From positions 2,666,001 to 2,730,000 of the forward strand of contig OX337231.1 of the NCBI GenBank assembly GCA_946965045.2: DNA of 64,000 bases, written 5' to 3'. Under the pieces are notes generated by a model. The model searched no databases, was not told where the DNA came from, and worked only from the letters and a program-made list of their open reading frames with translations. Positions 56,778 to 64,000 of the stretch are shown piece by piece. The DNA is from Epithemia pelagica. Its lineage: Eukaryota; Protista; Bacillariophyta. The position numbers and the translations under genes were made by a program. Within the stretch, counting starts at the first letter, position 1. Every line of letters starts with the position of its first letter.

Positions 56778-59057
56778 TTAACGATTACCATGGTTACGTT
56801 GCTGAGCCAATTTATGTTTTTGATGATCGAGTAGCTGCTGCATCATACCACGAACGTCTTTCCGATAGGTATCTCGTGCTCCAGGTTGCAAGGAAAGCCG
56901 GAAACGTAGTTCTTCAGTTGACAGTCGTTCTGCTAGTTCCAGGAGTGTCCCCAGGACCGTGGAGATGTGATTGGGAGCAATCTTGTCCGGTCGGAGAGTA
57001 AGGTAGTACCATTCCCCTGTTTCAGGATCAAGACCGACCTCTGTAATTGTATTGGAATTCGTCGAAACACTGCCACCCGCTGCAGCAAAGCGATCGGCTT
57101 CCAACCGCATGCGCTCGGAATCTGGAAGCTGGATAAACCTTGTCATGTTCACGATTGTGTTTTCCTCACCAAGACAGCCAGTGCAAAAGGCGTCCTCGTC
57201 GGAATTCGAGGAGGAAAGTCTTTGAGGGAGAAGCTGAACGTCCATGGTTACTGTATCCAAATACTTCCATTTCAACAAATGGATATCCGTACCACATGCA
57301 TATGGCCGATTGGGTTGAAAGATGATGCCGTCGGTCAGGTGGTTGTGTACCTCTCCTTTCCTGTAACAACGCATACCTCGCTCTTCACCCACGTTAGAAA
57401 GTAGATCCCCTACCGACGTTCGACTGACAAAATTCTTCCGAATAAGAGGGAGGGCAATGGGAGGAGAAACTCGGAAAGCAGCAACGTTGAGTGGATCTCC
57501 ACCTTCAGGGTTCTTGGCAAAGGATCCCTTTTCCAAATGATGTTGGAGGCGTTCTTTGAATGGAAGATGAAGGACTGGTACAGTAGTCGATATAGCAAGA
57601 ACATCAAATACGATGAAGATTGGTCGTGGCTTCTGGGGATTCTTCCGATTCATGACAACCTCTCCATCGAGCACTGTTCCGGGTTTGATTCGTTTCAGGT
57701 ACTGGTCAAATGGATCGCCAGGACCATCCCAGATTGGCCGCTTCCCCCGCATCGCCCGATCGACCAAGACAGCCGTATCCCCTGTAAAGATGAGCAGATG
57801 CCGCACTCCATCCGTTTTCTCACTCAAAAAGTACGCGTTATCATTGGACCGTTGAATTTCATCCATGTTGTGCCTGCTAAAGTTGACGGGCATACAGCCA
57901 ATGAATTTGATATTCCTCAGCGAGGCGGGGGGCACTTCTGTTGGACGTGAGATGGGAGAATCATAGTTTGATGGATCGGCACCGCTGTCCATGAATCGCT
58001 TGAGGGCGCCGCATTGAGCCAGAGCTAGTTGGACAGCTCGTTGATTCGGATGATCCATTAACTGTTCCTCCACATCCAATGCATCGGCTAGAGGGTTGAG
58101 CTGGGAAAGAATCCACCAGACTTGACTCGCCAGAGTTTTGGCCATGGTGGGAATCTTCTTGTCATCTTCTTCATTGATAAGATCGAGCAAAACAGAAGGA
58201 CGCAATTCCACCTCAATTTCGAACGAGATTTCGGGAGCTTGCTGAGGAGATCTGGAATATGTAGTTACCTCTGTAACATCCAGTTGCCATGCCATATTTG
58301 TGCGCATGTAGGACCGTCTTCGTTTGACTCGTCTACTCGTCCATCCATCAGGTGGGCTATCGCGAACAGCAGGATCCATTACATTTTCGCTATTGAGCGT
58401 AACTCGGAGATCATACGGCGCAGCAGGAAGAGTTAGATCCATTATTGCTTGCTTTTCCTTTGATTCCATTTGACCAATCACCGATTGCCTTCGTGATGGA
58501 TCATGCTCAATTGGAAAACATACTCTGGCACCATTGGGGTAACCAGAATATACGGTCTCAACTTTCTCTTCCTCTTCGACTCTTTCTTTGGCATCCTTGA
58601 GTCCAAATGCCTGGCGGATGACAGCAGATCGGTTTCCATCTGCTGTCCATTTAAAGAAATGGCTACGACTCACACCAGCGCCCATCACGCAGCGTGGCAT
58701 GACCGAGCTACAGTCAAATGCAGGGGCAACCGCATTGCTATTGGGTGCCGTTTTGGCTCCAGAAGAGGTTACGCGACGCATCGGAGCGCTGTGAGGCACA
58801 CATAGGACTCCCAAACGCGCTTCGATTTCGCAAAACGGCTTCTTGATTGGAAATTTCTGTTGACTCTTGGGCAAGTAATTTCGGGCGGATTGGCGAGCCT
58901 GAGTAAGAAAAATCAAAAGCGCCCTGTCGGGTGAAACAGGTTGTTTCAAGTAAGGATTCTGTTTTCCTCCCACTCCACCATTGCTTGGTTTTTGGGATGC
59001 AACAGACGTATCGAGCTTTCGCTTCTTGCTCGTCAGGTCTTTCACAAAAGAGCTCAT
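56778..59057 (-). CDS. Bifunctional mRNA capping enzyme: TTM/CYTH RNA triphosphatase fused to guanylyltransferase plus OB fold
   Basis: TTM motifs EIEARLG, YDLRVTL, FEIEVEL; GTase motifs KTDG, LDGEVV, FIVFD, DGIIF, LLKWK, LRPDK..PN. Confidence 0.9.
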   Translation of the reverse strand: MSSFVKDLTSKKRKLDTSVASQKPSNGGVGGKQNPYLKQPVSPDRALLIFLTQARQSARNYLPKSQQKFPIKKPFCEIEARLGVLCVPHSAPMRRVTSSGAKTAPNSNAVAPAFDCSSVMPRCVMGAGVSRSHFFKWTADGNRSAVIRQAFGLKDAKERVEEEEKVETVYSGYPNGARVCFPIEHDPSRRQSVIGQMESKEKQAIMDLTLPAAPYDLRVTLNSENVMDPAVRDSPPDGWTSRRVKRRRSYMRTNMAWQLDVTEVTTYSRSPQQAPEISFEIEVELRPSVLLDLINEEDDKKIPTMAKTLASQVWWILSQLNPLADALDVEEQLMDHPNQRAVQLALAQCGALKRFMDSGADPSNYDSPISRPTEVPPASLRNIKFIGCMPVNFSRHNMDEIQRSNDNAYFLSEKTDGVRHLLIFTGDTAVLVDRAMRGKRPIWDGPGDPFDQYLKRIKPGTVLDGEVVMNRKNPQKPRPIFIVFDVLAISTTVPVLHLPFKERLQHHLEKGSFAKNPEGGDPLNVAAFRVSPPIALPLIRKNFVSRTSVGDLLSNVGEERGMRCYRKGEVHNHLTDGIIFQPNRPYACGTDIHLLKWKYLDTVTMDVQLLPQRLSSSNSDEDAFCTGCLGEENTIVNMTRFIQLPDSERMRLEADRFAAAGGSVSTNSNTITEVGLDPETGEWYYLTLRPDKIAPNHISTVLGTLLELAERLSTEELRFRLSLQPGARDTYRKDVRGMMQQLLDHQKHKLAQQRNHGNR

Positions 59058-59382
59058 GGTTAATATCTCACGCGGATGTAATGCAACTCTCTTCTCTTTC
59101 AACAACAATGATCAAGATGGGCTTTGGGTATGGGTGGGAATGGAGAATCATGGAGGGAATGGAGCGAACGGTTGCGGGTTGCGGGCAAGAGCGAAACCCG
59201 CACAGGTCTGGACGTCTGTCACCCTTATCGATTCATGGATTTTGGATTTTAGAAGCTCAAAACCCAACCAAAAAGACACTAAAAAATGTGACTTCATATT
59301 ACATATTAGAGTTCGAGTTAAAGATGACGTGGGACAAATTATATCCGCAAATTGCAAAAATGCCAATTCTCTGCTCACAAAA

Positions 59383-60482
59383 ATGATGATTCGTCGGCTT
59401 GCCATTGCCTGTTTGTTGGCCGTTCCGGCTTGGTCTCTGATTCCTCTGATTGATGGTGGAAAGGGTATTCCCAAGCTTTATGATGCGTGGATGAATGGTC
59501 AGATTGCCAAGCAGGCTCGCACGGCAGTTGGACAAGCCATCTCTTCTGGTAAAAAGAAGATCGAGGTCAACTTTCCTCCTGGTGGGTGCCGTTCGTCGCT
59601 GAGAAGAGGATGATGATTGAATATGATAAATGTATTGTGGAAGGGACTTCTTTCTGTCCGGACTATATTGCTTGTTTTGACGTGAAATATCGAAGCCTTT
59701 GGTCGTCTAACTGGTAGCTATCCTCTTGTTGAACAGTGCCCAATGTTGAGGAAGTTCGATTTGGTACACCTTTGAACCAAAAGTTTGGAAAGTCTGTTGT
59801 TGCCAAAGAACTAGGTGTTCCTGGAGGTTACAAGCCGGGATCAGATGTGAGTCGGCAATTGATTGGGTATTCCAACATGTACTGGGCCAAAGAACTTGCC
59901 CCTGCCGTTTCTGGTTTTGGAAAGCGTGTTTCTGTCATTACAGCCGAGCAAGTCGTTTTCAATCAGCTAAAGAAAACGGCTCTGACTTTGTTGGTAGCCT
60001 TGCTAGCAGAGGGCAGCGTGGTGACGAATCTGTTCAAAAGGGTGATGCACTTATCGTGGTGAACCCAGGTGGAGAAGAGACGTGGGATAGGATTTATTCG
60101 ACCTATGGTTCCCCTTCCTCGCCAATCGTTATCATGAACAACGCGTATTCAACAACCTACGGCCTTGGAAACAAACGTGGATACGAGGAAGGTAAGCAAT
60201 GCTTTGTACCGGGTTGGCATGTCGCGACAAAAACCGTCTCATTCGAAACGTTTGCCTCATGCCCATCCAGCCTACTACTTGAAGCGCATTAGCAAAGGAT
60301 GGATTTTCCGTCAGTACCCCGGACCGTGGCAAGCCTATCTGGAGAAGCCGGACTTTGGGTTGGAACTATTGCAATCGTACAAGACCAAGCCTGCCTTAAA
60401 CGAGGTCGCTGCTCTCGTACGAGAAGAGAGTTTCCGTAGATATGCAATCAACAATGATCGTTGGTTTGCAGGAAGGCTATAG
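59383..60482 (+). CDS. Plastid-targeted DUF1995/LPA3-like protein, 2 introns, apparent 1-nt frameshift near 59973-59976
   Basis: Signal peptide; IEVNFPP|VPNVEE, then after the frame change ALIVVNPG, IVIMNN, GWIFRQYPGPWQ. Confidence 0.65.
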
Positions 60483-60644
60483 TAACATTGCAGTATTGCT
60501 ATCCTTCTGGCCATCAATAAATATCATCAATGTGTCATCATTCTCGAGAGACCCTGCGAGATCTCTCACATGGCACATAAATGTTGATGCCGGGATTTGC
60601 AAAACATACATCCGATGGATCATGGCGACAAGAACGTCATAAAA

Positions 60645-61003
60645 TCAGCCGCTTTTGAATAGAAGTACAGCGACTTGTCCCAAGTAGAAATAAATGAAAT
60701 GTTTCGTCTCGTGTGTTACGTAGCTCCCAAAGTTCCGCCCAACAATTACATGCCATGTTGGCCCATATTTTCGATCGAATTCTTTTTTGATATAAGCGGC
60801 AACATCCTGGCAGAATCAAGCAAGAACCGAAAAATTAGTTTCCCATATCTATGTTTCTCTGTGATGACAGCGATGAGAGATGAGGCACGAACCTTCTCAA
60901 TGTTGTATTCGGAAAGAGCCTTCGACGCGATATCAACAGCGTCTTGCTGCATTTTTTCCTCCATGTCAGCATTTTTAATCACTGCTTTTCTTTGTTCACT
61001 CAT
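60645..61003 (-). CDS. DYNLL: Dynein light chain LC8; intron 60807-60892
   Basis: KAVIKNADM...QQDAV...YNIEK|[11 protein letters not shown]...[16 protein letters not shown]...LLFKSG. Confidence 0.95.
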
Positions 61004-61617
61004 CGTAGCTCGATACAGACTAGATACTGGGAATCTTGATGTCAATGAAGATGTGTGTCCAAAGTTGGATTGGTTTGTGAGACAATGCCGTTGTTTTTGC
61101 AACAAGAGCGGATGGAGGGCGAGTTCGGTATTTGTCGCCAAAGACGCTTCTCTTGATGAATTTGAATTCGCGCCGTGTTCTCCAGAGGTGCTCTACTTTT
61201 TAGGTTAGAGTCGGTACACAACTCTCTATAGCAACGCACTCCCGCGTCCCGATCTCTATCAATGCTATGCGAAGCTTTTGGGGGATAGAAAAGGTGACTA
61301 CTCCTCTAGTGACTATTAGTTGCAAGAGTGAAGAGAAAGAGAAACCTTCTAGTTTGTAGGAGTATGATCGGATCAATTTCTTTGACACTCCTATAGCGAT
61401 TTGATGGTCTTTACCCCCGCACCATGGGCGTATCCAGAACGCACCTCTAGAGGCGGAGATGCCCTCTAGAAGAATTCTCGTTTAGAGACTCCCGGAATCT
61501 GAGTTGTCCGGCAGTCTTTCGGCAGGTGGACTCGGTTCGGTTCTCATCTAACTACGATCCGCTTTTCCAATGATTTCATCCAAGTTCCGACTGTACGGGA
61601 GTACTGATGGACATGAA

Positions 61618-64000
61618 TTACTGGAAGAAGTAAGGCGCTTTCGTCACCTCATTCAAATCAAGATCGCCTGTTGGAGGAATTTCCGGAAACTCCACGTCCG
61701 GATATCTCATCTCCCAGCTTTCTTTTACCTCAGCCAGCAGCGGCTTTTGATACAAATCCACAAACACTTCTCGAAGAACCATATTCATCTCTGAGTAGAA
61801 GTTAAGCAACCGATTGAGATGCGCTTTGTTCCTTCCTTTCACAACCGGAGTAAACTTACCGTCAACGTCGCAGGGATGTGTCCAGAAAGAATCGTGGACG
61901 GCTGCAAACGCCAATCCCCGTCTGTCCATTTCAAGCGCAGTCTGGACAAAGACGCGTAAGACTGAGCTTGATCTTGTGATCTAGGTGGTTCCAGTACATG
62001 ATTGTTGCACTTACCAGAAGCATGTGAGAGGAGTCCAGTGAGTGTACGAAGTTGGGCGGAAAGGCTGTTACTTGACGCTGTCGATGGATGGGATTGTCAT
62101 CTGGGGTCTCTCGCAGTGCGACAGTTTGGCGAAGCGTCACAACGGTAGAATCTTTTTCGCGGCGATAAGGCTGGAACGCGGGTAAACCAATGGGTGAAAT
62201 CCACGCCACAGGATATCCATGTTCCGATAGAAGACGGGCACAAGAGGTCAACCAGTTCATTGTCCCTCGCGCTCCTTGAAACAAATCGCCCATGACCTCC
62301 ATGGTTGTTTTCGCTAGGTAACCACAAGCTTGGAAGATTTCTTTGTCCATGGCGTCTATGTCTTTCCCTTCTTCTTCGAGCTTTTCTTCAATCTTCTCTT
62401 GGATTTGTGTTCGCGCCCCGATGTACGTGACTCCATATACACTGGTCATTACGGTTCGTTTCACGACACCACGATCAATCTTTCCATTCACGAGCTTTGC
62501 TGCGTTGTTCTTGTTTAGTTCTTTTTGTTGGTCCTTTGATAGTTTTGATGGATCATTTACGTCAAAATCAAGCGATCGTTGAGCCTCCTCCGATACACGT
62601 TTTATAACTTCATGCATCACTCCAATATATACATCTTGCGGCTTATCTGTTGCGCAGAGATTGACCGCCTTCCCCCCAACAACGTCGCGTCCAAGAGCCG
62701 CATAGTGTTGCAAGCCGTTACAGGAGCCGTCCATGTGAACAGGCAATGAGCACATGTAGGATTCGGGATCACCGGAGTCGATTGCGTTAATGATCTCTGT
62801 ACATGTCGCAAGTCCTTGGAATGGATCATCAAGTCCCATCCACCATCTCTCACCGCCAAATGGATCTTCCGCTGATTCTCGAACCTTAGCAATATTCTCT
62901 TCAGTAAAAGCAGCACGTTCGTCGAACGTTACCTTGTCTTTTCCTCCCAAGTTTGCCAGATGAACCTTTAACCAGTAAAGCCCTTTCTTGCCCAATGGCT
63001 TTGCAGAAGCAAACGCAAGCATTCCTCTACAAAGGTCGGAGCCAACGTTGGACAAATGAGGTGGAACAGGGTAGGCTCGGCCTCGGAAGTCAACATTGTA
63101 CGGAAAGAAGATTTTGTCAAACTTTTCGAATTTTTCCGCTTGGTCAAGTTTCAGAATGGCAGAGCATCGCAGACTGTGCAAATCTCTATTTTTCTGTTGA
63201 AATCGACGATATTTTGCAAGTTCTTCTGTGTATCGCCTCAGGTTCTCAGCATGAGCCTTGAACTCAGGACTGTCTCGTTCTACGAATCCATCAATCTCTG
63301 GTCGGGTCGGTTTTTCCGGTAGGTCGAAATTTGTTTGTGTCGGGATATCACCAAGAGAAATGTTGTCGTCCCAACAACGCCTCGCAACTTCCAAAATCTT
63401 TGAGTTAATTTTCCATGGTACAGCACCCAGAACATTCAGGCCATCGAGAAGGGTGCTGAGATCCGAGTTGTCCAAAAGCTCACGCTGCATCTTACAGCCA
63501 TGAAAACGCATCAATTCAGTTTCAAGCAACAAGTACCCTCCCTCTGAAGCACTGGTCCATCTTGCTGGAGGTACCACCATTGGTTTATATCTCACAGATT
63601 CCCATGATATCCACTCAAGATCGTCTTTTGTAACGAGGTTGGCAAATGCCTCATTGACCGACACATATCCTTGCTTTTTCAATTGCTTGACCCATCGAAG
63701 TTCATGTTTGAAAGCAGGTTCGTCTTTTCCCTCCACCTTTACTGTTGTATTTTCAAGAAGTACATGTAATAGGGCCGTGCCTACCTGTATCTTTCGTTTG
63801 TCGGGCCAGCTGTCGGATTCTTCGAGCAAAAGTCGTGTCTTCCGTAAAGCATTTCGAAGGGCTGCTTCGTTCTTATGATTCACGCCAGGATCGTACTTGA
63901 TCATGTCTTTGAGAAAGTTTTCGAGGTTCGACCGGGCGTATGCTCTGTGTGCATTGATGGTTTTTGCTTGGTTTGTATCAGTGCTTTGGGGTTGGTCGTT
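61618..64000 (-). CDS. RPOT: T7/T3-type single-subunit RNA polymerase (likely mitochondrial), 5' end beyond the window; 2 introns near the 3' end
   Basis: DFRGRAYP, PVHMDGSCNGLQHY, KRTVMTSVYG, PPNFVHSLD, VHDSFWTH. Confidence 0.95.

Noticed and set aside
61420-61560. CCTCTAGAGG palindrome and a GGTTCG motif suggesting a tRNA or ncRNA
   Set aside because: Could not build a cloverleaf or any known RNA fold. No tRNA or rRNA gene was recognised anywhere in the window.
56778-64000. Endogenous giant virus or linear-plasmid insertion
   Set aside because: The RNA polymerase has spliceosomal introns, the neighbours are ordinary host genes, and no capsid, packaging ATPase or viral DNA polymerase is seen.

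Overview
Gene-dense eukaryotic nuclear DNA, most likely from a diatom. The evidence is short GT-AG introns, AFAP-type bipartite plastid presequences, Lhcf/Lhcr antenna genes and a nucleus-encoded PsbM. About 27 host genes are recognisable, several only after splicing and therefore absent from the ORF track (CRNKL1, PsbM, an HMG-box gene, kinesin exon 1). The main accessory element is a structurally complete 7,967-bp Ngaro/PAT-like tyrosine-recombinase retrotransposon (33861-41827, minus strand) with identical split direct repeats A1...B1-A2-B2. Its gag and pol ORFs are in the same frame and separated by a single UGA-C stop, followed 13 nt later by a predicted stem-loop, which is the layout of programmed stop-codon readthrough. 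Its recombinase frame carries two further in-frame TGAs. Other notable points are a TTM-triphosphatase/guanylyltransferase fusion capping enzyme near a cap 2'-O-methyltransferase and a T7-type RNA polymerase, a 5'-truncated LTD-EEP nuclease gene abutting telomere-like hexamers, a 2.3-kb relic with a repeated 24-bp motif in both orientations, a recurrent intergenic TAGGAGTA octamer, and a kinesin with a hydrophobic C-terminal tail. All calls come from motif recognition by eye; no database search was run.
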